Part shown: positions 1 to 13,399 of the stretch, piece after piece
How the letters are laid out: each line of letters begins with the position of its first letter
How positions within the stretch are numbered: position 1 is the first letter of the stretch
Source of the DNA: Oopsacas minuta
Lineage: Eukaryota > Animalia > Porifera
DNA: 64,000 nt
Direction of reading: 5' to 3'
Assembly (NCBI GenBank): GCA_024704765.1
Contig: JAKMXF010000296.1
Location: 195,307-259,306 of the forward strand
Notes under the pieces: generated by a model
The model's database searches: none
Told to the model about the DNA's origin: nothing
The model's input: only the letters and a program-made list of their open reading frames with translations
Program-made: the position numbers and the translations under genes

Positions 1-356
1 ACAGGTACCCTCAATATGCTAAACAATCTGACGTCATGATTGTTCATATTTCATACAAAAAATCTAAATTTTCAATATTTCCTAATACCCGAGGCACAAA
101 ATACCGAGATTACAAACCAAAAGCGACATACCATCTCCATTGTCACGGAAGAAAGCCATTTAATGTAATTTGGAAGCTCCATAGAATAACATCTTAAAAT
201 GTTAACTATTCTGTGAATTCGAAGCACGTAATACCGAGTATGCTCAGTTTAGTAGCGACCAATAAAACTATATAATCTAGCTGTGAGATATAATTACCAT
301 AGCTGACCCGGAGCGCCATGCGTCGCGCAGTGTCCTATCAAGCGAAACGGTGGTAG
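1..356 (+). mobile_element. 3' part of a non-autonomous Helitron-like repeat (family also at 11560, 14655, 18510, 48242)
   Basis: Reverse-complement similarity to 48242-48720 and 14655-14950. Ends GTCGCGCAG...CAAGCGAAACGGTGGTAG|T (GC-rich hairpin-like segment, then a CTAG variant followed by T). Confidence 0.55.
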
Positions 357-1697
357 TATACATTCAAGTACGAGGCATTATGGTGCGGGATATATTTTGT
401 GACATGCACAAAGATATATGTCAGTTAGGGCAAACATTAACTTAGAACTATTTAGTTTTCAAAATTTAAGAACATTATCATCACGAAACTTTAGAAAGAG
501 AATTGTAGTAGTGAACGTGAGATAAAACCTAAAACATAAATCAGGATATTCAAAAAGAACACTTTGTGAAATATTTTTACGGATATATATGGGCTGCATA
601 ATTGCGAAGCACGATGTATATACGGTAACAAAAAAGATTAGTACCATTAGATGCTCGAAATCGTTTTCTTGAACTAATGGAAGATACTAGCATCATGTGT
701 TTTCGATTAATTAAATGAAGTGGCTATTGCATTTATGAGTCCTAAGTGGACAAATTAATTCCACAAAACTGAGCAAACTGAATTGCAAGCAAATGTTACA
801 TTTTATGTAGTTCCCAAAAGTAGAAATTTGAAGAAAAATTTATATCCAAACCCTACCTATTGTGATTTCGTCAAAAACTTATTTAACAAAGTCACACAGC
901 CGAAAAAGTTTCGAGAGAGCTGACAATCATGTTCTGAAAAGGAGTAGATACTATTTTAGAACGAGAAATATATACACGAGCTTCAATTGCAACTAATTAA
1001 TGGTGATATTACTCCTCTATTTTATTGAAATCTACAACTCATCAATATCTAGCCCAGTTAAAGAACTCTGAATGGCTTATTAACTTACCTAGTTGAGTAG
1101 AAGATTTGGATGCAGAAAATGAAACCGAATATATAGCCAAGCTGTGAGTACAGAAGAAAAGGCAAACAAGTGTAGAATATATTTAGTAAATATGCCAGAC
1201 ATACTAATTTTGCACTCCTGAAATGCTCAATCTTATTTCAGGTGAACAGAAAGGGTTGCAGGCTCTGACATCAACAACTTCCCTATTCGTTGAAAACTTA
1301 AAAATTACTTCAAAATACTCTTGTGAAGTTGTGACATCTGATATCTTCGCGAAATAAGTATTTGATATTTATGGAAGTACTTCTACAATATTTTCTCATT
1401 ATGTATTTCTTCAGATAATTTTCTGCCAAAATTCCCATACCCTGAGAATTATTTTGAATATGGTACGAAATAGGTTCATTGCTCCACACACACGATAGAA
1501 TTACTCCAAAAGTAAATGGCTCATTTTTCACACCACCTGATAATCTTTGGAGAAAATTTGGGCTCTTTATGTAATTTGAAATTTAGTCGTCAATTTTTAG
1601 ATCTTGAAGAAAGCAAATAACTAGTTTGAATAATTATATGATAAAGAGAAATAAATGTGATATCATCCAAACAATACTTTATTGAAACCAATATATA

Positions 1698-3029
1698 CAG
1701 TCTGTCAAGATGAAATTGAGACTTTCGTGTAACTGTGTATATTTTCTGAATTTTTTCATTTGTTTTCTGATTCATTTATACATGTATATCAAGTTACCAT
1801 TAGTTAATTGATTCTAGAATACACGAATAACCTATCAGTCTGTCACTTAGAATACATATTCCCGAAAATATCTGCTATATTCCTATAGACCACTCCAATT
1901 TCAGTTTTTGGCTCATATTTGTCTTTTGTGTCGAAATACTAATCAGTATGGTGGAGTTAGAACGAAAGACCTCATCCCAAAATTATTCGATGTCGGGGTT
2001 ACAAGTGGTAGCGAAATACATCAGCATACAGATATCCTGAGGAGCACTGTTTTCCGCATATTAACCAAACTTCGTCAGGGCGATGATATACAGAGGAAAT
2101 CTGGAACGGGAAAACAGGAAAATTACATGTGAACGATGTTAGATCTCTTGTAAGCTTGGCAAATCAGAATCGCAAGATGTCCATACGAAAATTAGCCAGT
2201 CGATTCAATCATCTTCGCCAGAAAAGTTTATCCCATGAGACGGTCAGGAAGGAATTACAGAGGAGAGAGTACACCCACAAGGTTGGAAGGAGTATTCCTG
2301 TGCTAACGGGTCGACGCCAAAAACAAAGAGTATTGTGTGCTAAGAATAATAAACAACTGACTGGGAGCGAGTTGTTTTTAGCGATGAGATGTCAATTTGG
2401 CTAGCTGGTGGCGGAATAAGGCTGTGGTGCAAAGGAGACCAACTAGCGGTCAAGCAAAGCAACAAACATAGTCTAAATTACATGTTTGGTGAGCAATTTC
2501 TGCTCATGGGACCTTTCTGTTGCAGGTTTTTAGGCAGAACCTCACCGGAGAATTATATACGAACATCCTAAACGAGTGTCTGATTACACAAGCTCAGGTA
2601 TTGTACCCTGACGGCTGGGTCTTTCAGGTAGACAACGATCCAATGCACACGTCAAAGGTTGCTAAGACTTTTGGTGAAAGTCATGATATATTTCGTATGG
2701 AATGGCCTGCTTGTAGCCCAGATCTAAACCCGATCGAAAATTTGTGGGGTTGGATCAAACATCAGATCGATTTGAACCCTCCTCGTAATCTTAGTGGACT
2801 TGAAGAAACCCTTCTCTCTATTTGGGATTCTATAGAATCCGAATTTTTGAAACCTTATTGGTAATCTATGCCAAAAAGTCAGAATTTTGTAATCCAGAGT
2901 AATGGCTTTAAGATCAAATATTAGTCTATAGACACGTTTTAATAAATCAACTCGTATTTCGAGGCTTGTGATGAGTATCTTTTAAAAACTTATGTCAAAA
3001 CATAGTCGCAATTTCATCTTGACACACTG
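1698..3029 (+). mobile_element. Tc1-family DNA transposon (DD34E), frameshifted transposase
   Basis: TA-flanked 26-bp TIRs (CAGTCTGTCAAGATGAAATTGAGACT and its inverse, 2 mismatches). Motifs WERVVFSDE, FQVDNDPMH and SPDLNPIENLWG, with 34 residues between D2 and E. Confidence 0.92.
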
Positions 3030-3047
3030 TATAAATATATCCTTATA

Positions 3048-4350
3048 CGAAGGGCACTCGAAAAGTTTTGACGTTGACCGATATATCAGATAGTAATAAT
3101 AAAATTGACTATTACATTTTTTCAAAATACTCTCCCTGACAACCTATACATTTTTTCATTCTGGTAAACCAATTATCAAAATATTTTTTCCACTCTTCTT
3201 TGAGTATATCTCCGATCGCTTGGAAAAGTGCCCATCTCAACTCCTCATTGGTCGAAATCTCCCCCCACGTAATTGATCTTTGAGTCTAGCAACCAGAAGT
3301 CACAAGGGGCTAAATCAGGACTGTAGGGTGGGTGAAGTAATGTTTTGAGTCCAGAATTTTCCAAAAACTCCTGAGTTCTGATTGCCGTAGGCGATGATGC
3401 ATTATCATGATGAAGAAGAATTCCTCTAATGCCTCTCTTCTCCCACTGTGACTCAATTGCTGTGATGACTTTGGATAGGCACACTGTAGTGTACCAGTCG
3501 GCAGTGACAGTCTTTCTATCCTCGAGAGCAACAGCTTCGACAAACCCACTAGATCTGAAAAAATTCGCCCACATTTGTTCCCAAAAGATCTAGCCCTCCG
3601 CACTTTGGTTGGAGGTGGAGCATCTTCTTCAACCCACTCCTTTGACATTCACTTTGTTTCTGGATCATAATGGTATATCCATGTCTCATCACATGTAAGG
3701 ATCTCAGAAACAGCTCTTGAACTTCCATTAGCAAACCTTTTGAGCATAATTTTGCAAAAGTCTATGCGGGATATTTTGCTGTAAGTTCAAAGAATAGGAA
3801 TCCATCGGGCCCACAACTTCCTGACACTAAGCTCTTTGTGCAAAATGATATTAATTGTCCCCGATGATATCTCGGTTTCATACTCTAACTGAGCGTACGT
3901 AATATGAGGATCTTTAGTAATTAGATCTAACATTTCGTTGACATTTTCTTCATTATGTGAAATATTCGGTCTTCCTGAATGAGGGGCGTCTTCAAGAACA
4001 AAGTTTCCGTGAATAAATTCCCTTGTACTATCGTTCAACTGTACTTAGAGAAGGAACTAGATCAGGGAAATGTTCCTGTAAAGATTCATAGATTTCTACT
4101 CTTGTCTTCTGTAGTTTGAATAAGATCAAAATCATTGCTCGAAAATCACGTTTTGTGAGATCTGATTTAGATTGAGATATTTTAGAAGCCATGTATACTA
4201 AAATTATCTAATTTATGGAAGTAGAAGAGATAAATGAATGAAAGTTTCAAAGTAGAGTAATAAAATATGTCTGAAAAGATGGATGCAAAAGAATATCCGA
4301 CAGATTATTGGATTCATATCAAACGGCAAAACCTTTTCGAGTGCCCCTCG
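3048..4350 (-). mobile_element. mariner-family transposon (DD34D), degenerate
   Basis: TIRs CGAAGGGCACTCGAAAAG / CGAGGGGCACTCGAAAAG, flanked by TA on the left and TG on the right. Motifs PHSGRP, RWIP, HHDNAS and HPPYSPDLAPCDFWL, with 34-residue spacing. Confidence 0.92.
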
Positions 4351-5103
4351 TGTGGCTGGCAATCTGTGGAATTTGGATTTGGAAGCCGCAAAATGTAAAT
4401 GATAAGAACAAGATATTTTCTGATCCTCGACCTATTAGGAATTAAACTTTGATAAAAACTACACAATAGTCATAGACAGAACTAGGGTCACTGTGTGTAA
4501 TACTCCACTATGCGCTATTAACAGTAAGTAGGGTCCACTCTTCATCTTCTCAAATACCTCTAAAGTCATTGACATTGGCTTCAGCATTGTCTAAAAGCTA
4601 GATAGCTGTAATTTCAGGTAATAGTTCCAAGTATAACGAGAAATAGAAATTATCAGATAAGGAATTTTTCTTTGAAATTCTGTGGTTTTGCAATATCGCT
4701 CCATAGAACGCTTTGGTTCCTCAGCAGGCTTCTATCAGTATGAGATAATACTTTCACTACATGAAATTATACATTGAATCATCCTAAAACAGTTGTATAC
4801 TAATCAAATATCGAATCAATTATTTGTCAAATCTTCAAGAAGAATAAGATTTGCTGGAATCGTCCAAATATATATGTTCCAACAGTTGATGATTAATAAA
4901 CTAAGGGTGGCACGAGGTGCTGTCTATCCAGACCAAATTATATCTATACCTGATATAAATATCTTGTAATAAAACCACTTTCCATGCCGTGCCCAACCCC
5001 GCGCAAGCGAAAATACTTATATATAGAGATTATAACTTTCATTATTTATTCAAATTTGAACAGTTTACATATTCGATAACATAGTAGCAACAGTTCTTCT
5101 GAA

Positions 5104-7132
5104 ATGAATAATATTAAAGCTTGGACATACAACTCAACCAAAGAATCAATACCTACTGCAGCTTTGAAATTTGTTCAAGAATTGATTTAGACGATACCGG
5201 ACCCAATGCAATCCATTATAAATTCAGAGATGTAAGACATGCGAGGGATGCTTAGCGAATTCCAAAATGATGGAGAAATGGAAGGCTAAGATATTATACA
5301 CATTTCCATCAGTATATCTCCCGAAATAGAATCTCGAGAAAAGAGAGTCTGATCTATCAATGAAAATAAGAAAACCCTTATCACAACATATTTTGAAAGC
5401 CTTGCGGACAAGACTTGGTTCAGTTTTAAAATTATCAACTCATTTTCGCTTAAAGAGGTTGATAAAAAAGAATTACTGCATTATGATTAATGATATTCTC
5501 TAATGTCCCGAGATGTTAACACCCTGAACGTATGCAAGGAAACAACCGGAACATATACAAATCTGTCCAAAACCCTACATATTGACGAGCCTACTTTCTT
5601 GCTCGACATCCTTGAAATAGAAAACGAATATATACAAACTTCCGATGTCATTGAAATTCTGAGAACATCACCTTTTTCTCTCATTCTAGACTAGCTCAAT
5701 ATCAAACGGTGTGAATTTAGTTAACGAGTTAACATTTGTCACAAATCGAATGAATGTGACAATCGGAATCGCGATATCTTACAGATACATCTTACGACAG
5801 ACCCTGCTTAGGGTATTAGAAACTAATCCTCCACACCCTGAATCTCATTTTCCTCTGATAGTGAAGCTTTCTGACGGTCTTGATGGGTCTGGCTATCCCA
5901 AACTTCAGTATGAGCTACATCCAACTCCAAGCACAAAAAACTATAATATATGAGCCTTCAAACTACTGTCAATTCATGACTGAGAAAATATCTAAGTTTG
6001 GAAATTATTCGCTCAATTCTTTGTTTGGAGTAAGGCCTGTTGTACTACTTGCTCGAAAGGAGTACCTGGATAGCGTTATGTTTAGGATGGAAAATATCAT
6101 TAATCCTGAAGGAATGGTGCAAGCCAGATCATTCGTATTATTCTTGATGGCTGGGTTAAAAGAAGAGCTGGAGGCGCACATTGTCGATTATTTTTAGTAA
6201 ATCATAAAGAACTTTAAGACCCGGAAAAGGTTAGGACTGGTTTCCCCATTAATCGACAGAATTTGAACTTAAGAGATTTTTCGCCTTCGTAGAAAAAGAC
6301 GAGTATTTATTCTTTCCTTCCAGTTAAAGGTTAGTCATTACTCATTACTCATGAACTAGATTCGGACAAAAATATATCATCGGCTTCACCTCTACACAGT
6401 TACAACGTATATTTAGATGGTTCAGGCTCTTGGTGTGCCATTTACAATCTGGAAAAATTTGTCTGGCCACCGACATAGATTGTTGCCAAATTTCAAGAAA
6501 TTATGCAGTGATTAATTATTTGAGAAAAATTGACCAGCCTACAAGTGATGGTGGTACTACTTCAACAAGAAATATTGCTCGACAATGCCTTGGCAATTTG
6601 GATGAGTGTACATTCTACGTTTCGTCCCTAATATCTTCAGAATTTAGAGATGATATCGACATAATCCAGACGAATCTGTAAACAATTGAATGAATATTCA
6701 ATAGAAGCCAGGAGGTAAATACAAAAAAGTTGGAAGATTTACGTAAAACATGCGAAAAAGTATTAACTACTTTCTATGGGCCAATATAACATCTTCTTTA
6801 CATAAACTCCTAACCCATTGTACCAAACTTATTCAAGATTGCAACGATGGACATGGACTTAAGGAAAATTCAGATGAAGTAGAAGAATCATGTAATGAGT
6901 TAGTTCGGTGTGATCGAGAACATCTATCCAGAATGAATTCATTTACTCTCAACTTACAAGAAGTGTTCACTGGTCTCTTAGCCAGAGTGATCCTCTCCTC
7001 TCTAGCTATCGAAGAATATTAATTTTCAAACATTATGGTGAAATAGGCCATAATTGGACTGAAAAATGTAACGTTAGTAAAATATCGCTTTTTGATCAAG
7101 ACAAACTTGTTGAAAGTACTTTTATTCAGTAG
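5104..7132 (+). pseudogene. RAG1-like / Transib-superfamily transposase, near full length, multiply frameshifted
   Basis: Stitched frames give VKLSDGLDGSG (RAG1 D600 region), NSLFGVRPVVLLARKE, IIRIILDG..AGGAHCRL (D708 and Zn-site Cys), GFPINR, ASPLHSY, IDQPTSDGGTTST, LHKLLTH (H937/H942 equivalents), ESCNELVR (E962 region), LSQSDPLLSSYR and a C-terminal FKHYGEIGHNWTEKC. The 5' limit is approximate. Confidence 0.85.
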
Positions 7133-7138
7133 CTACTT

Positions 7139-10100
7139 TAAGAGGAAAAGATGATCCAAACAGTACGAATGGACAAAAAGAGGAAATAATAAAAATACTA
7201 GCCTCGCTCACAACCATAGGAGATGAGTGCTGCGATTAGTCAAGTAAGGTACAGTTCGTATTGTATTTTCCATGGGCAGACGAGTTTCTAAGGTTCATAA
7301 AGAATTTATTGGGCTGTATCATATCACTGACAATCTGCAAATACTTTGATCGCTAAATATTAAAGTTTGTTTACTTAGTTTCGAATTTTCAGGTGGATAG
7401 ATGTAGGGGACAAAGTTATGATGGGACCGCTCCTTTGGCTGGATCAAAAAGTGGAGTTTGTGCTCAGATGCAGTCAGAAGAAAAGAAAGCCATCTATATA
7501 CCTGTTAAGGAATTTCAATGAACTTAGAAGCCCATGGTACCGTAAAGAGAGGCAAGCATCTCCAGGATACGTTTGATAAGCATCTGAAACAGACAAGCTC
7601 ATAAAATTTCCTCACAAGCGAGGTGCACTGTTCAAAATTGAAGCAGGAAATTGCTCCAGAATCCCCCAGATTCAGAGTATTATGCCGTACTAGATGGACC
7701 AGCGGTTCTTAACCTTTTGTGGGCCTTTCCCACTTTGGAAGACTCAGTCAATCTATTACCCACCAAATCATGAATGTTATTTAAATATTCAAAAGCACAC
7801 GGCCATGTAATGCTATTGGTATTAGAAGTTTTGCAACTTTATATATTTGAAATTAGATTATGTATTTTTTAATTAATCAACATGACATCTCAGTACATTT
7901 TTCGGATGTACTAAATTTGTAATGGTAGATAAGTCATTCAATTCTTTAATGTGATTTTTGTACTTGTTTACTACGCACAAGATCGGTGATATCGGGTTCA
8001 GTAAAGGAGATAGAACATCTCAGGTCATCTTCCAGCTCTAATTTGTTTCGAGCCTTTGTTTTGATAGCAAGTAAGCTTGAAAATCCAGACTCACATAGAT
8101 AAGTTGATGAGAAAGGTATAGTAGTTTTAAGAGCTTGTTTACTGACGTTTGGATAAACCAAATACATTTTGGCCTAGAAGTCAGAGAGACTAAGAATTTG
8201 GAACTCATCCTTGCTAAATGAATCATGGACAAGTTCTAGAAACACCTCTTGGATATCGTATGGCATCGTCTCGACTACATATTTGAATGGATTTCTTACC
8301 ATAGGAATTAATGGATCTTCTGTGTTAATCCCAGGAGAATATTTAGTAAACTCCCTTCCCAGGCAGTCAGGGGCTCCATATGTCTTTTGAAGTTGTGCAG
8401 AAAAGGGTTCATTACAGAGTACATCTGTCAATCGATGAAAAGAACATGTATTGCCTTCCATGATCTTTCTTCTCCAGAGTTTACTTTTGGAGATGAAGGC
8501 ATTAATGTTGTCTGTAGACTGATTATGTTGGTATCTCGGCCCTGAAGTTTCCGATTGAGCTCATTTAGAGTTTTAAAGATATCTCCAAGGTATGCCAGGT
8601 AAGAGACAAACTCTGGTTTATTTAATTCAGTTAGGAGATCCATCTTGCATTTCATCTTAAGAAAGGTGTCCACCTCTTCCTTAAGTTCAAATACCCGAGC
8701 CAACATGTTGCCTTTGGATAACTACCGTACCTGCGTATGGAACAAGAGAGATTGATGGGGCATCCATTCCTTCACAAGTTTGGCGAAATAAGCGGGTATT
8801 GGACACTCCGCTTTTGATATAGTTGACTACTTTAATGACGATCGCTAAACTAACACACAGAGAACTAGGCATTGTTTTAGAGGCCAGTGCCTGGCGATGG
8901 ATGAAACAGTGGGTTCCCAGCACATTCGAATTCTTGTGTTTAACAAGCGAGATAAAACCAGATCGGTATCCAACATGGCTGGTGCTCCATCTGAGCACGC
9001 CCCAACTATATTTTCCAGTTATGATTCATTTTCCCAAAGAATGTTGAGACTACGGCCATGACATCTTCTGCCTTTGTTGTCGTCTCCAAGGGCTTAGAGA
9101 ATAGGAACTTCTCCTCCATCGTCGGACCATTCATATAGCAAGCAAAAACCATCAATTGAGAAAGATTGGCCACATCTGTAGACTTGTCCAGCTGGATAGC
9201 AAACATGGGAGATGCCTGGATTTTTGTAATTATCTGATGTTTGATATTGTTAGACATATCAACAATCCTTGATTTGATTGTGTCGTTTGACATGGATATT
9301 TGCTCCAGCTTGCTAATGCCATCTTTGTTGAGGACTATTCGAGCACATTCAAGAATGCAGGGGTTTATGAGAGTCTCCCCGGTTGTATGAGGTTTCTTGT
9401 TTTTGCCACCAATAGTGCAATGGCATACGACGCGTGAACAATTGACTCTGCCTGTGGATGGAATGCTCCACTGGAATCTAGTGTCACCTTTTTTAATCCA
9501 GTCTCCTTCTGCTTAAAGAAAGCTCGATCATTTTTGGAATACTCCGAGTGGACTGTGGTGAGATGTTGCTTCAGTTGGTACGACTTCATGCTTGAATTCG
9601 ATAGAGTTTTCATAAACAATACGCATTGTGGAAGTGGATAACCATTATTTTCGTGGAATGTAAAGTCAAAATTGAGATAATCTTCCTGTTACTTTCTCTT
9701 CAGTGTAATGGTAAACACTGACGTATCTAATTTACTGTAAGAAAGTTAGCAATTGAGACTATGAAGGCGAGGAGGCCAAATAAGCAAAATAATTCTAAAA
9801 TCAGAGTAATTTGAGTTGAATAATTGTTGAAAGTTGTTTACTATTTGTATGTACTATCAGGTATGAAACAACTTCAATTTCACTAAATTAGAACTGGCAC
9901 ATTGATTGAACTTCTAGTGTCAATCTCCAAATAAACGTTTATTGCAAGCAAAGATACCATTCAAAATTTAGTACAAATGAAAAAGCTTTGATTGCACTTG
10001 GATTTGTATGGGTATATCTCACTTATATGTATTCTTAGAATTCATTAAATTCGAGGAACTTGACATATTATTTAGAATTTTAGTGAATAAGTCCCCTCAT

Positions 10101-10980
10101 TTAATAGCTTTTACACAATATTTCTCAGAAGAGCCATTCCCCACCTAATGATCCTCCATTCCTCACCGGTTAAGTAGCACTGAGATGGACGGTTGAGGCA
10201 AATAATCTTCGATGTGTTTGGATAAACAAAAGTACCTCAAGAATTGTGGGTGATAGTCGTATTTAGAGTTTGAATCCTTACGAATCATCGAGGTAAATGC
10301 AAAATGGAACTTTCTGAGTTTATTGAGCATTTTCGGGTGAGAGTATAATAAAACAAGTTGACAATCTTTCAAAGACTCAAATTATTGAGTAGAAAAGAGT
10401 TCCACTGCGTTTTGAAACAGAATCATGAAAGGTAATGTTGAATCAACAACAAAGGAATACTAACCACAGTACTACTACAAAGTATTGGATATTGTGGCCA
10501 TCTTATCTTGATTTGAAAAATCTGGGTATAAAAATGCAAAATTATTCAAAATTTACTCCTCAATGTTGTCAATGGAGAAAGTCTTAAAGAATAATTTGTA
10601 GAGTTTACAACATTCTACGATACTGATATTGATTCATTTGATCTTCGAGTTGAACTTTCGCTAATCATTCAGAATTTTAGCGGAAACATGCCGTTAATGT
10701 GGATTTAAATAGCTTAATCAACCATCTTAAAGGGTTCACTATCGCTGAACAATAGAATCATAAGGAAATTTGACGATTGTTAGTTTGATTCAAGTTAATC
10801 CTTCAACAAATGCAATTTGAGAAAGATCCTTCTCAGCTATGCAAAGGCTCACAACTTTCTTATGCACAAGAATGACTCAAGTTAGGCTAAATTCACTAAT
10901 GATACTTAATATACATAAAAGGAAGACTGAATCGCTCCTTTGATACTCATTGCGAACGAAATTGTAGCTAAAAATATTTT
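7139..10980 (+). mobile_element. hAT transposase relic (ZMYM1/DUF4371 type), interrupted by the Buster element at 7700-10182
   Basis: Left part: DECCD, FIGLYHI, CRGQSYDG..LAGSKSGV, RVLCRTRW. Right part resumes RWTVEAN, then VDNLSK and the dimerisation motif RMTQVRLNSLMILNIH. The N-terminus and 5' TIR are missing; the 3' limit is approximate. Confidence 0.8.
7700..10182 (-). mobile_element. hAT Buster/Charlie (ZBED5/SCAND3-like) transposon, frameshifted
   Basis: TIRs CAGCGGTTCTTAACC / CAGTGCTACTTAACC with a perfect 8-bp TSD AGATGGAC (7692-7699, 10183-10190). Motifs AIQLDKSTDV, THCFIHRQALASK, LAYLGDIF and PFSSTYLCESGFSSLLAIKTKARNKL. Confidence 0.95.
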
Positions 10981-11559
10981 ACAGAATCTGATCTAAATTA
11001 GTATATGTATTGAGCGTCGAATTCATTGTATTTACTTGAATAATACTTTGAACCAAATATGTTTCAGTACAAACGCGAGATTGATGTACATGCATGTACA
11101 GCATTATAGACGTATTCTCACACATAATCTGGTGTAAACACGGGTAGTGAAGTAGTAGAACATTTTCGTTTATGTATAAGTATAATTATTGCGAAACTAG
11201 CGCGAGAGGTCTTGGTACTAATCCAGATTATTATGGGAATCAGTCTGAATATGACAGAATTACATTAGCTAAGCAAATCGGGAATGTTTATAAATTCCAT
11301 TCGTACTAACCATAGATTAAAAATTAAGTACTCGCCACATTCATTATATGAAACTGTCAAGCATAAAACAATGAGAAATTACAGGGTGTCAAGAAATTAA
11401 TGACTCAATAGAATAAATCTAATTATGAAACTGCAATAAAATATATATATGTCTGTATTACCAGAATTGATTGAATAAACTGGAAATCACCAAGGCGAAT
11501 TTTTGCATCCAGGAGTATTATAGACATGGATGAGACAAGATCGAGTCTAGGACGAGAAT

Positions 11560-11800
11560 TGACACCTAAGACGAAACTATGACGTCATAATCACCTTTCT
11601 GGAATTTTGAAGTCACATTATTAACCACGGGTCAGCCAATACACATGATAGAAGTTTGGTAATTGAATCAAGGTACCTCTGAATGTGACAAATGTCCTAA
11701 CATAAGGATTCTCACCAAAAGCTAACTCATCATTGGATTATCAGGTCATCATTATCGGACACATACTGCCTCAAAACTGTTACCGGGGTGATATCGGAAT
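11560..11800 (+). repeat. Internal fragment of the Helitron-like repeat family
   Basis: Reverse-complement similarity to 14830-14910 (ATGATGAGTTAGCTTT..GGACAT.TGTCACA..GAG.GGTACC) and to 19400-19540. Confidence 0.5.
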
Positions 11801-13399
11801 TATGAAATAGAATTTGAGCAGATTTCATGGACCAAAAATCAACCGTTTACATAAAAATTTGAGTGTGTTCCATTACTTCCTATGTGTTCCCTTGAAAATC
11901 AATTATCAGTCATAGACTTACATAATTCACCAAATATTTACAAACAATTCAAAAATTCTGAATAATTTGCACTATTTTATTATATGTTTGTTGACAATTG
12001 AGAATTTAGGTCCCTTAACATGTTTTATACCTAAATCTATTTTGCACAAATTCAATTAACATAGACATATATTTCCAGTAGGGGGGAAATAAACGGGCAT
12101 TTGTTTTCATTTGAAAAATCCCGGAACGCCACAAGTTTATGCCACATTAATTTGTATTTATATTACACTAGTTTGAATAGAGACAACTAAAACTATCGAA
12201 ATGCTAAAGCCAATTGCGCAAGTGTGTAAGTCATGAAACATACATGTATTACTCACAGTGGCACGATATGTTAAAATAGAATGAAAAATCATGAACTCGA
12301 ATTATGTTTATAATTTTGATATTCGAATTCAGCACCCCCACAAACCTTAGAAAACGTATTTGAATTACAATTACTATTACGATCCTACAAGCCTTTAAAG
12401 TGAGTTAATTATAATCATTCCAATTATACTATTTTACGAATCAATTTTCACCCATGATGAAATATAAATATTCAAGCTCAACTACGCAAATTATGTGCTA
12501 CTCATATATCAATTGATAGCTATTTTGTTGTTGGATAGGGATAGAACATCTAATGTTATTGGTAATATCATATGGAATTAGCAGGTCTAATTTTAAACTT
12601 GTTGTGATTCCAACTTGGAAATAAAAACTCCCCCTTACTTCAAAGTGAAATAAGATTAAATGCATTCACATGCCAGAAGATCAATTATGTTACATAATAG
12701 TATAATATTTCCACTAAATTCTAATTATAACTGCGATGACCGGAGGTTACAGAAATATCATTTATCTCGAAATATTGGTACTTAAATAATTAGTCAGATT
12801 TTATCCCAAATATTGATAAATTTGGTTGTGGTTGATCAATAGCAAAAATAATAATATATAACGAAGAAACATATTTGTACTTAAACGCAAGAAACATGAA
12901 GATGTAACTTCAATCACGTCTGAATTTATTGTCCAGTATAATTTGGACCAAACTGCGCATGATCGTTCGGGGAAAATTTTCTACGATCAAAGAAGATAGA
13001 AGAATTTATATCAAGAGGTTTACATTATCGACTTGGAATGATATATCATTCTACACACAATCTAAAATGTAAAGATTGAGTACAGATTCTCAGTGGTCAG
13101 ATGACGAAATGACTGTTGGAAGAGTTCCATTAAGCCAATCTACCGCCATGTTGAACAAAATTGTAGTTAACAATTCGAAAACCCTAAACGAATTACCACC
13201 TAAATACTTAGGTATTTGATTATCTGGTCTTGGATCTCAAATCGAGGCTGTTGTAAAGCAAGAAGACATTTCTTCAATAGCAATAGCAAGCTATCTACTG
13301 ATGATATGCTCACAGCAAGTACACAACTTTTCTACTGCTAACCTGTGCAAAGATATTATTGTCAAAGGGGAAGACAGCCAGTATGCAATCAAGTGTTCA

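Noticed and set aside
4506-4512. CACTATG (ProtoRAG-like heptamer) and nearby CACTGTG at 4489 upstream of the first RAG1L relic
   Set aside because: No matching 3' inverted copy or TSD is visible, and such 7-mers are expected by chance in 64 kb.
4530-4640. Ankyrin-like peptide on the minus strand (LLDNAEANVND...EEWTLL)
   Set aside because: Contains stops, a single partial repeat and no splice context.
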